Shown here piece by piece: positions 35,149-45,039 of a stretch of DNA of 64,000 bases (position 1 is its first letter; every line of letters begins with the position of its first letter). Under the pieces are notes generated by a model, which was given only the letters and a program-made list of their open reading frames with translations, searched no databases and was not told the DNA's origin. A program made the position numbers and the translations under genes. Source of the stretch: Gemmatimonadota bacterium. GTDB taxonomy: Bacteria; Gemmatimonadota; Gemmatimonadetes; Gemmatimonadales; Gemmatimonadaceae. The DNA lies in assembly GCA_025360995.1 (NCBI GenBank), contig JANYBD010000056.1, positions 2,996 through 66,995 of the forward strand. The letters are read 5' to 3'.

Positions 35149-36442
35149 GTCGCTCGCGGCGGATCAATGCCGCGTCGCCCACATATGCCCATCGCACATT
35201 TTTCAGATACTGTTGCGCGACCCGCTGCACGTCTGATCCGGTGACGGCGCGCAATTCGTCAACAAACCGTTCACCGAAGCGAAAGTCTCCACGATACAGC
35301 TGCGCTCGCGCGAGAAAATCCGCTTGAGCCGTGCTCGTTTCATTGTCGAGGAAATACTCGGTGATGAACTGCGCCACGAGTGGACGCAAGTTCTCGGTCG
35401 GGATCGTGTGTTGCTGCAGCGCACGTACCTCATTTCTCATGAGGGCAACCGTTGTATCAGGCGCCGTGGTCGTGACATACAATCCTATTGACGTAAGACC
35501 ACGATCTCGAAAACTGGCGTTTACCGCATAAGAGAGGTTCCGGCGCGACCGAATCTCCGAGAAGAATCGCCCGGAAAGAATCGCCGCGGCCACCCGTAGG
35601 GCGGGAGCGTCACGCGAGTTTGCCGGCGGCCCAGCCATATAGCCCTGTAAATAGTTGGTCGGTAGTGGACGTCTATCATACACCACATCTCCTGGCAGCA
35701 GCGTACTAATCGAGGGCATGCTCCATCTATACGTTCCCACGGGAAGTTTACCGATCGTCGCGCGCACCAGCGCTTCAATTTTCAGGCGTGGGACGTCCCC
35801 GACGACGACAAGTAACATCCGTGACGTCACCATCTGATCGCGATGGTAGGCCTTGAGTTGCCTGAGACTAATCGAAGCAATTGATATTGGTGTTCCGACT
35901 GGCGCGAGCGCATAAGGCTGACCGGCATAGGAAATGCTATCCGCGAGATAGTCGAGGGTCGCGTCAGGGCTGTCGGTTCGCTGCCGAAGGCCGGACAACA
36001 ATTGGTCACGCACAAACTCAAACTCCGTTGAGTCGAGTGTCGGATGCATCACCCGATCCGCGAAAATCGACCAAGTGGAATCGAGTTCACTGGTAGTGGT
36101 TCGCACACCCGCCAACGTCCAGTCATCATTCGGCACGATGGCGATACCGCTCCCGGTCCGGGCCATCGCCCGACGGAGCACCGTTTTCGGATACTTCGCA
36201 GTACCGCGTTCGCTTACCTCAAGCAGCAATGCCTCAATACCGGCATTCTGCGCGGTCAACTGCCGTACGCCGCCCAGTAAATACAAATTTGCAACAACGA
36301 TCGATGTATTCGTCCGCCGTTGTATGACTTTCACGCCATTCACCTCGTATGAGGTGGTCGCTGTGTCGCGCTGGGCGTGCAACGTTCCCGAAACGCCTAC
36401 GGCGCTTAAGGCCAGTAGGGTGCTGAGAATTCTAATGATCAC
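35135..36442 (-). CDS. M16-family peptidase-like protein, non-catalytic type (no HxxEH)
   Basis: Signal peptide and M16 fold layout. It is paired with, and overlaps by 4 nt, the catalytic M16 gene. Confidence 0.75.
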   Translation of the reverse strand: MIIRILSTLLALSAVGVSGTLHAQRDTATTSYEVNGVKVIQRRTNTSIVVANLYLLGGVRQLTAQNAGIEALLLEVSERGTAKYPKTVLRRAMARTGSGIAIVPNDDWTLAGVRTTTSELDSTWSIFADRVMHPTLDSTEFEFVRDQLLSGLRQRTDSPDATLDYLADSISYAGQPYALAPVGTPISIASISLRQLKAYHRDQMVTSRMLLVVVGDVPRLKIEALVRATIGKLPVGTYRWSMPSISTLLPGDVVYDRRPLPTNYLQGYMAGPPANSRDAPALRVAAAILSGRFFSEIRSRRNLSYAVNASFRDRGLTSIGLYVTTTAPDTTVALMRNEVRALQQHTIPTENLRPLVAQFITEYFLDNETSTAQADFLARAQLYRGDFRFGERFVDELRAVTGSDVQRVAQQYLKNVRWAYVGDAALIRRERLTSF

Positions 36443-37848
36443 TGGTTCATCCCCATGGCCGCGAGCTCCGCATCGGTGAGCTTCAGCCGTTGGCGATCTT
36501 CGGTGGTCATCATCAATCCGACAATATGCGGCTTTCCAATAATGTATTTATTGGCGTAACTGTTCAGATTTGCAACCGTGCGCTTGGCCATCTCGTCATT
36601 GTATTTCATATAGTACTCGAGCCCGGACACACTCCACCAAAAACCGATCGTGTGTGATGACTCCGAACTGCGTTCAAGTCCAAACTCGGTCGTCACCGCC
36701 CTATTGGCTTTCGTCGCGTCGAGTTGGTCCTGTGTTATGTATCCGGGTTTTACGGTCTCTTTGAGTTCCGACCACAGCGCCGTCATGGCCTCGCGCAATT
36801 TGCCCGGTGATGTTTGACCACTGATGGTGATGGGTCCGATATTGTTCAGCGTGTAGTAATTCACAAGGATGCCTTGCCAGAGGCCACTGTCCACCAGCCG
36901 ACGTTGAAACCGCGACTGCTGATTGTTCAGCACGTCCGAGTACACGTCCGCCACGAAAGTCGCGGCTTCGTCCTTTCGGACGCTCGGTCCCTGCCACTGA
37001 ATAAGCACGGTCACCGCGTTCACGTTCTCCTCGACGATAACCGCATCATTCTGGGTGAGCGGCGGAATCGACGGAATCGGCGTCTTGGCAAACGGATCGT
37101 CGCCACGTTTCCAGACGCCGAACACTTTCGTCGCCATCGCGAACGCTACCTCCGGACTTACATCACCGGAAATTATCAGTACAGAATTGTTTGGGACATA
37201 ATAGAGATTGCGGATGTACCGCATTTTCTCCGGCGTCGTCGTCGCGATCACCTGCCGGTCGCCAATCACATTCTTCCGGCTCCATGCCGTCGTCCAAAGT
37301 TTCCTGCCCATTGCCGCTTCCAGTTTGAAGACCGGTTGCGATTCATTGCGGTCGTATTCGCCGATCACGACCTGGCGCTCGCGCTCCAGTTCATCCTGAC
37401 GAAAATGCGGCGCGAGAAATCCGGCGACCAAAAATTGCATGCCGGCTTCCAGTGAATCACTGCGCAAGGTGAGGAAGTAATTCACCTGCTCTTCCTTGGT
37501 GGTGGCATTGAAGACAGCACCCAACTCGGAGGCGCGCTGGATGTATGCATCCGGCTCCGGATAGGCGTCGTTGGCCTTGAAAAACATGTGTTCGTTTAAA
37601 TGCGCCAATCCTGCGTACTCGGGCGATTGGGTGAACGACCCATTCCGCACCGTGACCTCAACGGTTACAAGAGGAACTCCATGGTTTTCGACGACGACGA
37701 CTTCCAAACCGTTCGGCATCACGCGCCGCTGCATGACCCGTTCCAATTCCGCGCGTTGCGCAACAAGAGGTGCTGCCACCGAAATTATGAAGCCTGTGGC
37801 GCTGGCGAGGATGCGTAGCCGCCTGTTGATTTCCCATGCAATGATCAA
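36439..37848 (-). CDS. M16-family zinc peptidase (HLNEH active site)
   Basis: HxxEH motif in GLAHLNEHMFF. The TTG start at 37848, 4 nt after GGAGAG, gives a signal peptide (IIAWEINRRLRILASATGFIISVAAPLVAQ). The 664-aa ORF on the track would overlap murB. Confidence 0.8.
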   Translation of the reverse strand: MIIAWEINRRLRILASATGFIISVAAPLVAQRAELERVMQRRVMPNGLEVVVVENHGVPLVTVEVTVRNGSFTQSPEYAGLAHLNEHMFFKANDAYPEPDAYIQRASELGAVFNATTKEEQVNYFLTLRSDSLEAGMQFLVAGFLAPHFRQDELERERQVVIGEYDRNESQPVFKLEAAMGRKLWTTAWSRKNVIGDRQVIATTTPEKMRYIRNLYYVPNNSVLIISGDVSPEVAFAMATKVFGVWKRGDDPFAKTPIPSIPPLTQNDAVIVEENVNAVTVLIQWQGPSVRKDEAATFVADVYSDVLNNQQSRFQRRLVDSGLWQGILVNYYTLNNIGPITISGQTSPGKLREAMTALWSELKETVKPGYITQDQLDATKANRAVTTEFGLERSSESSHTIGFWWSVSGLEYYMKYNDEMAKRTVANLNSYANKYIIGKPHIVGLMMTTEDRQRLKLTDAELAAMGMNQ

Positions 37849-37863
37849 TGGACTCTCCGGCCG

Positions 37864-38808
37864 GTGATGACACCCGACGAACTGTTTCGCATACTGCGCC
37901 CCACGCTTGTCGCGGAGCGCTTGCACCAATTGGTTCCGCTGGCGTCGCTGACCACATTTAAAATTGGCGGGCCTGCCGACGTACTGTACGATGCCACATC
38001 GGCCGACGACCTCGCTAGCGCCGTTGCGACCGCCCGTACCATCGGTATCCCCTTCTTTGTACTCGGACTTGGCGCAAACGTTCTGATTGGCGATCGCGGT
38101 TTTCGCGGCCTCGTGATTCGAAACACCGCTGCACAACTTGAGTTCCCATCCGCCAATCTCGTGCGAGCTGAGAGCGGTATTGTCATAGCTGATCTCATCA
38201 AAATCACGGTGGCACGAGGGCTCTCCGGACTCGAACACTATGTGGGCATTCCAAGCACCGTCGGTGGGGCGGTCTGGCAAAACCTCCATTTCCTTTCCCC
38301 TGCCCCGGAACGCGAACGGACGATATTCATCGCCGATATTGTCGAATCCGTTGAATTGCTGACGGCGAGTGGTGAGCGCCTTGCAGTCGACCGCCAAGCC
38401 ATGCGGTTCGGATACGACACCAGTCGGCTGCATGACTCTGGCGACGTCGCGCTCGCCGTCACCTTTCGACTCACCCCGGAAGACCCTACCACGCTGCAGC
38501 GCATCATGCAGGAGAATTTAAGCTGGCGAGGTTCACGCCATCCGTGGCTTGAACATCACCCCAGTGCCGGTTCCATCTTTCGGAAGATCGAAGGAATGGG
38601 CGCCGGGCGCCTAATTGAACAATGCGGACTAAAGGGTCACCGCATTGGCAATGCGCAAATTTCTTATATTCATGCCAATATCATTGTCAATCTTGGCGGT
38701 GCGACCGCCGCGGACGTTCGAGCCCTGATCGCTACGGCACAACAATCCGTACGCGAGCGGTTTGATCAACAGCTCGAGCCGGAAATCGGATTCGTCGGCG
38801 AGTTCTAG
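37864..38808 (+). CDS. murB: UDP-N-acetylenolpyruvoylglucosamine reductase
   Basis: FAD-binding domain pattern (TTFKIGGPAD, LGLGANVL) and the MurB C-terminal domain. Confidence 0.9.
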   Translation: MMTPDELFRILRPTLVAERLHQLVPLASLTTFKIGGPADVLYDATSADDLASAVATARTIGIPFFVLGLGANVLIGDRGFRGLVIRNTAAQLEFPSANLVRAESGIVIADLIKITVARGLSGLEHYVGIPSTVGGAVWQNLHFLSPAPERERTIFIADIVESVELLTASGERLAVDRQAMRFGYDTSRLHDSGDVALAVTFRLTPEDPTTLQRIMQENLSWRGSRHPWLEHHPSAGSIFRKIEGMGAGRLIEQCGLKGHRIGNAQISYIHANIIVNLGGATAADVRALIATAQQSVRERFDQQLEPEIGFVGEF

Positions 38809-40979
38809 AAGAGTTGCCCTAGGTCAACCTGCATCTTCCACGGACCGGACCTGTCTATCGGCCGGGCAACACCGATACCGAGTGCGCCGCCAAAAAGCCG
38901 AATCCCAGCGTTCACCGACGCTCGGGCATTTCCGGTGACAACAGAAACAGGCAGTCCGTCCGCTGATGTCCCGAGTCGCTGAATTGCGGCACGCGCCATA
39001 GCATCCGACGCGCCCGTCCAGCCGGTCTGCGCGCTGAGAAAGAGCGCTGGAGACAGTGAGGGAAGCCAGAGTCTGCTGGTCAGATGAATCGGCGCATTCA
39101 ACACGTTCAATCGATACATCACCAGGCCACGCAACACAGCGGCTTGATCGCCGGCGAATTCTTTGTATCCATAGCCTGCCAAATTCTGCGTACTCCCCAG
39201 CTCGAATAGTTGTTGCGAGAGGCGGTCGCCGACCAGTGCCCCGGCATCGAAGCGACTTGCGAAAGTCCACCGGTCTTTGTTTTGGCGTGCACTGAGCCGC
39301 AATTCCACGCGCTGAAATTTCAACTCCCCGTCTCCGCGGAGATAACTCAAAGCAGCGCCAGCTCCGGTGCGCATAAACTCAGCGGCCGCATCCGGGTGCC
39401 ACTCCACGGTGATCGCCGTCCGAACATACGATCCGGCATCTACCCCTCTGTTGGGCAGAAAGTGCGTGGAGACGATCGGTCCTCGCGTCAATGTTGCCAC
39501 GGTGTTTCTGTCTTGCGCCCAGCCACTTTCAAATCGAACACGTGCCGAATTGCCTACCAGGGAACGGGTAACGGCGACTCCGGCACTGTACCGATCCACG
39601 TAGTCGTAGTCGTCGAAGCCGAACAACGCTCCGAAACTCGATCCAGAGTCCAATGGAACACGAAAATCGTTCGTGTTATCAAGTGATCGCCCAACACGAA
39701 TCGCATACGTCCAAACATTTCTGCGCAGTTCGGCGGAGATCCGGCCTCGAACCGTCCGTTCGTTCCAGGCATATCCGGCAATGACTCGTGTGGTCAATCC
39801 AGGTGCTGCGTCGCGAAAACGCGCGCTCACTCCGAGTCCGGTGAACAACCCTTCAACTCGATTGAAGCGAATCAGATCTGTCGCCCGTTCGGTTTGCAGC
39901 GTGATCACCGGCGGGCCTGAGGTGCGCCAGCGCGGAGGTGCGACATCAGCAAAGTCATCACTCGTTGCGGAGGCGGTCGCCGCACCAATATCCGAACGCC
40001 ACGCGCGGAACCGTGCAAGCGAATCCGCTGCGGCGATCCGGAGGACGTGTGGTTGCGCTCGCAGTGTGTCCTCCCGCACCACGTTGGCCGCACCGGCAAC
40101 ACTGTCTGGAGCGCTAATCTGATAATCGCGAAACCGCGACACGATGCGAAAGACGGCCTTGGCATCGCCAATAACGGGCGCCATCGCTTGCGCTTCGAAT
40201 CGTTGGTACGACGGCAGCCAGTACTGCTGGTTCACCTCGCTGTTTACCAGCTCGACATATACAACTCCTTGCAACCTCGTCGGACCCAGCAATGTGTTCA
40301 GTGGGCTGTCTGACTCGCCAGATGACGCGAATGCTCCGCGCATTCGCACGACGTTCATCCGGTCCACGTCTAGGTCGATTTCACCGCTGAAAAGAATGGT
40401 CCGGGACGGTAGCTTTGATTTCGGAATTACTTCAATGTGCACAATTCGAATTTCTCGATCACCCACCCGCAGCTTCTCGACCAAGTTTCCACCACTGTAC
40501 CGGTAGACGCGCTCACGGTCGTCTGCCAGCGGATGCACGGCGAACATCGTCCGTCGTGCGTTCGCGCCGCGCATCCCGCCGCGTGTGGTGTCGCGTCCAA
40601 AGAGTAGCGCCAAACGATTCCCATAGAGCGAGGGCACGGCCCATGAATTGCGAAGAAATCCGATCGTCGCAAACTCCAAGCCAAGTGCCTGCGCGCGGTA
40701 CCCGATTACCCGCTGCTCGAACTCTCCGGTACGAGCCCATGTCAGCGTGCTGGCCACCTGTTCGATCGACGCGGACATTTCCGCACCGCCACCGTCGTGC
40801 GTGCCAACGGAGATTTCACTTTCGAGGTTCGCGTAATAGCGCCCCAATGTTGGTGGCACACGATGGTTGATGCGGGCCGCCTCGACGACCAATGCACGCA
40901 CGGCCGCGTTGGAATACGTCGCCGTGTCAGTCGGAAGATTCGCCGCAGCCGTCTGTGCAAAAAAGAGGATCGGAAGCAT
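38805..40979 (-). CDS. Large predicted outer-membrane beta-barrel protein (function unknown)
   Basis: 724 aa. The C-terminal half alternates in beta-strand-like fashion and is rich in G/Y/R, with a terminal ...VDLGQLF (aromatic last residue). Its start codon directly follows the stop of the upstream gene (TAGATG). Confidence 0.55.
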   Translation of the reverse strand: MLPILFFAQTAAANLPTDTATYSNAAVRALVVEAARINHRVPPTLGRYYANLESEISVGTHDGGGAEMSASIEQVASTLTWARTGEFEQRVIGYRAQALGLEFATIGFLRNSWAVPSLYGNRLALLFGRDTTRGGMRGANARRTMFAVHPLADDRERVYRYSGGNLVEKLRVGDREIRIVHIEVIPKSKLPSRTILFSGEIDLDVDRMNVVRMRGAFASSGESDSPLNTLLGPTRLQGVVYVELVNSEVNQQYWLPSYQRFEAQAMAPVIGDAKAVFRIVSRFRDYQISAPDSVAGAANVVREDTLRAQPHVLRIAAADSLARFRAWRSDIGAATASATSDDFADVAPPRWRTSGPPVITLQTERATDLIRFNRVEGLFTGLGVSARFRDAAPGLTTRVIAGYAWNERTVRGRISAELRRNVWTYAIRVGRSLDNTNDFRVPLDSGSSFGALFGFDDYDYVDRYSAGVAVTRSLVGNSARVRFESGWAQDRNTVATLTRGPIVSTHFLPNRGVDAGSYVRTAITVEWHPDAAAEFMRTGAGAALSYLRGDGELKFQRVELRLSARQNKDRWTFASRFDAGALVGDRLSQQLFELGSTQNLAGYGYKEFAGDQAAVLRGLVMYRLNVLNAPIHLTSRLWLPSLSPALFLSAQTGWTGASDAMARAAIQRLGTSADGLPVSVVTGNARASVNAGIRLFGGALGIGVARPIDRSGPWKMQVDLGQLF

Positions 40980-41669
40980 CTACGTATCACTTCCAAGACG
41001 GGTAATTCGTTCCAGTCGCTCGAGTACTCGTCCGACCGCTCCAGGCAAGCGTGCCGACCATGGCAACGCGTCCAGAATCTTGAGGTCGGCATCGGGCTGT
41101 TGAATGAACTGGCTGGCAACTCCTGCCAGGAAGTTCCGTACATCGAGAGGAGCGGCGGCGATTTCGTCAACGATCGCCATGCGGCCATGCACCAGGGTCA
41201 TGATGTCGATGCAATTCTCGCGGACTCCATCGGAATGCAGTGCATCCCACCACGCAGCTGCAAGAAACGCCGGTGCGCCTGCGATTCGAATTGAGAGCGG
41301 CGGCAGAAGCTTGGCGGTCGTCGTGCAATCCAAAGCATAAGCGTACCATGGATTGCTGTACTTCGCCTCATCGTCTTCGTGAGCAGTGATCACGAGCGCC
41401 TGCCCGTTTGGTGTGCGCCAGCACTCGGTAGAGTTACGGTTGGTCGCCGGCTCCAATCCTAGGTTGCGAAGTTCCGGCCGAAGGCGATCGCGCGAGCTGT
41501 AACTGATTGCAGTGATCGGTGTGCCTGCATCCTCGGTACGGCCCGCCGACTGGTCTACCAAGAGTGGTACGGTGGCGCTGCCGATAAAGACGAGTCGATT
41601 GGCCAGAGTTGAGACTGCTCGTGCGACCTCTTCCAGCCGAAGGCGACTTGAAGCCGGGTTGTCGCTCAT
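40980..41669 (-). CDS. Hypothetical protein, possible divergent nucleotidyltransferase-fold (AbiEii/MNT-like?)
   Basis: 229 aa. The N-terminal LVFIGSATVPLLV...GRTEDAG resembles hG[GS]...D.D of minimal NTases but with the acidic pair degenerated. Its start overlaps the upstream stop (ATGA). Confidence 0.35.
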   Translation of the reverse strand: MSDNPASSRLRLEEVARAVSTLANRLVFIGSATVPLLVDQSAGRTEDAGTPITAISYSSRDRLRPELRNLGLEPATNRNSTECWRTPNGQALVITAHEDDEAKYSNPWYAYALDCTTTAKLLPPLSIRIAGAPAFLAAAWWDALHSDGVRENCIDIMTLVHGRMAIVDEIAAAPLDVRNFLAGVASQFIQQPDADLKILDALPWSARLPGAVGRVLERLERITRLGSDT

Positions 41670-42205
41670 CCGAGCCCACCGAGCCTATCGACAGTTGCTT
41701 CGAGCTTTTCGCGGATCCCTTGTTCGGCCAGGCTACGCTCCAGCGATTGACCGATTCGCAATGAGTCGGCCAACGTGAGCAATTCATAGAGCGGCGGGTT
41801 GGACGCGGCGAATTCCGCTGCCGACGAACAGAGTGGAGTTAACGACATTCCGAGCAATGTGCCGTCCGCGTGTGGCCAGACGATCGGTTCCGTGCTGGAA
41901 AGCCGGCTTGAGAGCGAAGGTGCAGAATGCGCCGTGGGAATACCAAGCGACTGGGGACCAAAGTGCGGTGGAAACGCATGCTTGAGTCCGTATTTGAGAA
42001 AGTCGATGAGACTGCTCGTGGCGACGGTACGTTTATCTGGTCTCAGAAGTGCCGCTAGCTTCAGCCTGGATACTGATGAATGGGCTTCACTGACACTAAT
42101 TCCAACCGAGCCCGCTAGTGCAGCATAGACGGCTTCAGGAGTTATTGTAAGCTGAAGTGCCACAACAACATCGATAGGTCTGCTAGATCGTTGTTTATCA
42201 GCCAT
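41666..42205 (-). CDS. Hypothetical protein with N-terminal winged-helix-like domain
   Basis: 179 aa. The N-terminus (VVALQLTITPEAVYAALAGSVGISVSEAHSSVSRLKLAALL) looks like a wHTH. It is the first gene after an AT-rich promoter region. Confidence 0.45.
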   Translation of the reverse strand: MADKQRSSRPIDVVVALQLTITPEAVYAALAGSVGISVSEAHSSVSRLKLAALLRPDKRTVATSSLIDFLKYGLKHAFPPHFGPQSLGIPTAHSAPSLSSRLSSTEPIVWPHADGTLLGMSLTPLCSSAAEFAASNPPLYELLTLADSLRIGQSLERSLAEQGIREKLEATVDRLGGLG

Positions 42206-42216
42206 TATATAATTAC

Positions 42217-42232
42217 TATTTTCTAGAAAATA
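42217..42232. promoter_or_regulatory. Perfect 16-bp palindrome TATTTTCTAGAAAATA (candidate operator)
   Basis: Read directly. It starts 12 nt upstream of the ATG at 42205. On the minus strand a TGTGAC-17-TATATT promoter-like element ends just 5' of it. Confidence 0.5.
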
Positions 42233-42399
42233 GAATATATCTTAACGCAATCTGTTGTCACATAACAGTATACACTATTTTTGGTGATTCTGACAGACAA
42301 TTTGGAAGTAGTCTGCCTCCAAGTCATTTCGGCGTTTCTAGGCAATCATATCAATTCTTCTGTTGCTCATTTGACTCCTTCGACCCACGTTCCCTGTTC

Positions 42400-45039
42400 A
42401 TGCCAATCCACCAAACTCGGACACGAATCGTGAGTTCTGCCTCGTCGGTCTCTTTCGCCCTCCTACTCCTCTTGGCTGGAGCTCGACTACCTGCCCAGTC
42501 GCCTCCTGAACAGCTCGCCGCGCACGGCGTCTCGCACGATCTCGCCAAGTTTCGCAGCCAAACCATCACGGACGTTCGGTATGACCTTCGGATGGACGTC
42601 ACTGCTTCTGATTCGGCCACCGGGCATGTCCAAATTCGCTTTCGACGAACCAGCGGCGGTGACGCGATCATCGATTTTCGAGGGCGCCGCCTGACGCGAA
42701 TCGTTGCCAACGGTATTCCGCTCGCCATGGACGCATTCAATGGCGCTCATATTCGGATTCCGTCCCGGTTACTGCGCGCCGGTGAAAACAGCGTATTTGT
42801 TGAATTTGTGGCCGACATCGCCGCAAGTGGCACGAGCATCATCAAGACCCACGACGCGTCCGACGGAAGCGACTATTTGTACACCCTCCTCGTTCCTGCC
42901 GACGCCAATCAGCTTTTTCCCTGCTTTGATCAGCCTGATTTGAAAGCGCGAGTTTCCCTTTCATTGACCGCGTCCCGCGCCTGGACTGTACTCGCAAATG
43001 GATCCGTCGCTAGCGCAGACACCTCCGGCGATCGTGTGACCACGCGATTTACGGAGACTAAGCCGCTGAGTACGTACCTCATTGCCTTCGCCGCCGGGCC
43101 GTGGCAACGCGCGACTTCGGTTGTACGCGGGCGCTCGATCAGCGTTTACGCGCGTCGTTCACGAGCAAAGGAGGCCGACCTCGACAGTCTGCTCGCACTC
43201 AATCATCGGGCAATTTCCTGGATGGAGCAGTATTTCGGGCGTGCGTATCCGTTCGAGAAATTCGATTTCCTGTTGGCGCCAGCCTTTCCGTTTGGAGGAA
43301 TGGAACACCCAGGTGCCGTCTTCTATAGCGAAGATCGGTTCATCTTCCGTGAACGCCCGACCCTGCCCCGACGACTCGGCCGCTTCTCAACCATTCTCCA
43401 CGAAGTCGCCCATCAGTGGTTTGGGGACCTCGTCACCATGAAATGGTTTGACGATCTCTGGCTAAAAGAGGGATTCGCTACGTACATGGCGGCCAAGGCG
43501 CTGAACGATCTCGAGCCGTCTAGCGATGCGTGGAAGAGTTTTCACCTCGGCAATAAGCCCGTCGCCTATGGCGTCGATCAAACCACCGGCACCACACCGC
43601 TCTGGCAAGAACTCGACAATCTCGACCAGGCTAAGAGCGCGTATGGTGCGATTGTGTACAACAAAGCGCCTTCTGTCTTGAAACAGTTGAACTACCTCGT
43701 CGGCGAAGCTGCCTTTCGATCGGGAGTTCAGCACTTTCTGGCAGCCCATTCGTACGCAAATGCAACTTGGCAGGACCTACTTTCCGCTATTGGCACTGCC
43801 GCCGGCACACCGCTCAATGCCTTTGGCAAGAACTACATGCTTCGCCCTGGTATGCCACTAGTCGAAACGCAAATCACGTTGCGTGATGGAAAAATTGATC
43901 AGCTCTTACTCGTACAATCCCCGGCACAAAGCCTCTCGGGCTCCGCAGCATGGCCGCTGAAGACTCAAATCTTGCTTGCCTATGGAGACCAGAAACCCAT
44001 CACACTGGCAGTCGAACTCTCGAAATCAATTACAAACATTGTCGCTGCCCGCGGATTGCCAGCGCCAATATTTGTTTTTCCGAATTTCGCAGACTACGGA
44101 TACTTTCTGACCTTGCTCGACAGTGCAAGCATCCGCGCACTGGAGTCCGGTGAAATCGGACGGGTCCATGATGCATTCTTGAGGGCACTGCTCTGGAGCG
44201 CCCTCTGGGATCAGGTCCGTGAAGCACGGATGGATCCAGCGCAATTCGCCAAGCTCGTTCTCGCCGAGCTACCCCAGGAGAGCGATGAGCAACTCGTACC
44301 AACACTCCTGAACCGTCTCGACCGGGCGACCCGCGCATATGTGTCAGACGGCGATCGCGAACGCATGCGCAACGATGTTGAGCGCGTACTCTGGGACGGT
44401 GCGCACGACACCCGAAAGCCCTATGGAATTCGCAAAGGTTTTCTCGATACGTTTATCCAACTCGCGACAAGCGCCGACGGACTTTCAATGGTGCGGTCAC
44501 TGCTGGCCGTCGATTCTATTGCCGGCGAACCGCTTCGCGACCCGACGCGCTGGGAGATAGTGAATCGCCTGTTAGTCGTTGGTGCGTCCGACGCGGAAAG
44601 CGCCCTGAGTACACAAACGAGGCGCGACACAACACCCGATGGGCGACGCCGCGCCTTCGTCGCCGGGGCGGCTCGGCGCTCAGCGATGACAAAGCAGGAC
44701 TACTTCAGTCGCTATTTTGCCGACAAGAATCTCAATGAAGATTGGGCATCAGGAAGTTTGGGAACATTCAATGCCGTCGAACATCAGCATCTTACCCTGC
44801 CATTTCTTCGCGCCGCCCTGGATTCACTTCCCTACATTCAGGCAAACCGTCGCATTTTTTTTCTGGGTAGTTGGCTGGGCGCGTTTCTCGGCGGACAAGG
44901 AAGTGACGCCGCGCTAGAGATCGTTCGGCGCTTCCTCGCAGAACATCCGGCCCTTCCAAAAGATTTGCGCCAGAAAGTCCTGCAAAGCACCGATGAACTC
45001 GAGCGAACTGTGCGAATTCGCGCTCACTGGCAACATTAA
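42400..45039 (+). CDS. pepN: M1-family aminopeptidase N
   Basis: Contains GGMEHPG, HEVAHQWFGD and WLKEGFATY. Has an N-terminal signal sequence. Confidence 0.9.
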   Translation: MPIHQTRTRIVSSASSVSFALLLLLAGARLPAQSPPEQLAAHGVSHDLAKFRSQTITDVRYDLRMDVTASDSATGHVQIRFRRTSGGDAIIDFRGRRLTRIVANGIPLAMDAFNGAHIRIPSRLLRAGENSVFVEFVADIAASGTSIIKTHDASDGSDYLYTLLVPADANQLFPCFDQPDLKARVSLSLTASRAWTVLANGSVASADTSGDRVTTRFTETKPLSTYLIAFAAGPWQRATSVVRGRSISVYARRSRAKEADLDSLLALNHRAISWMEQYFGRAYPFEKFDFLLAPAFPFGGMEHPGAVFYSEDRFIFRERPTLPRRLGRFSTILHEVAHQWFGDLVTMKWFDDLWLKEGFATYMAAKALNDLEPSSDAWKSFHLGNKPVAYGVDQTTGTTPLWQELDNLDQAKSAYGAIVYNKAPSVLKQLNYLVGEAAFRSGVQHFLAAHSYANATWQDLLSAIGTAAGTPLNAFGKNYMLRPGMPLVETQITLRDGKIDQLLLVQSPAQSLSGSAAWPLKTQILLAYGDQKPITLAVELSKSITNIVAARGLPAPIFVFPNFADYGYFLTLLDSASIRALESGEIGRVHDAFLRALLWSALWDQVREARMDPAQFAKLVLAELPQESDEQLVPTLLNRLDRATRAYVSDGDRERMRNDVERVLWDGAHDTRKPYGIRKGFLDTFIQLATSADGLSMVRSLLAVDSIAGEPLRDPTRWEIVNRLLVVGASDAESALSTQTRRDTTPDGRRRAFVAGAARRSAMTKQDYFSRYFADKNLNEDWASGSLGTFNAVEHQHLTLPFLRAALDSLPYIQANRRIFFLGSWLGAFLGGQGSDAALEIVRRFLAEHPALPKDLRQKVLQSTDELERTVRIRAHWQH

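Noticed and set aside
37849-38433. N-terminal 195-aa extension of the M16 peptidase ORF (track: 36439-38433).
   Set aside because: The extension would overlap most of the first half of murB on the opposite strand and has no peptidase-like sequence. A TTG at 37848 with a GGAGAG RBS yields a normal signal peptide.
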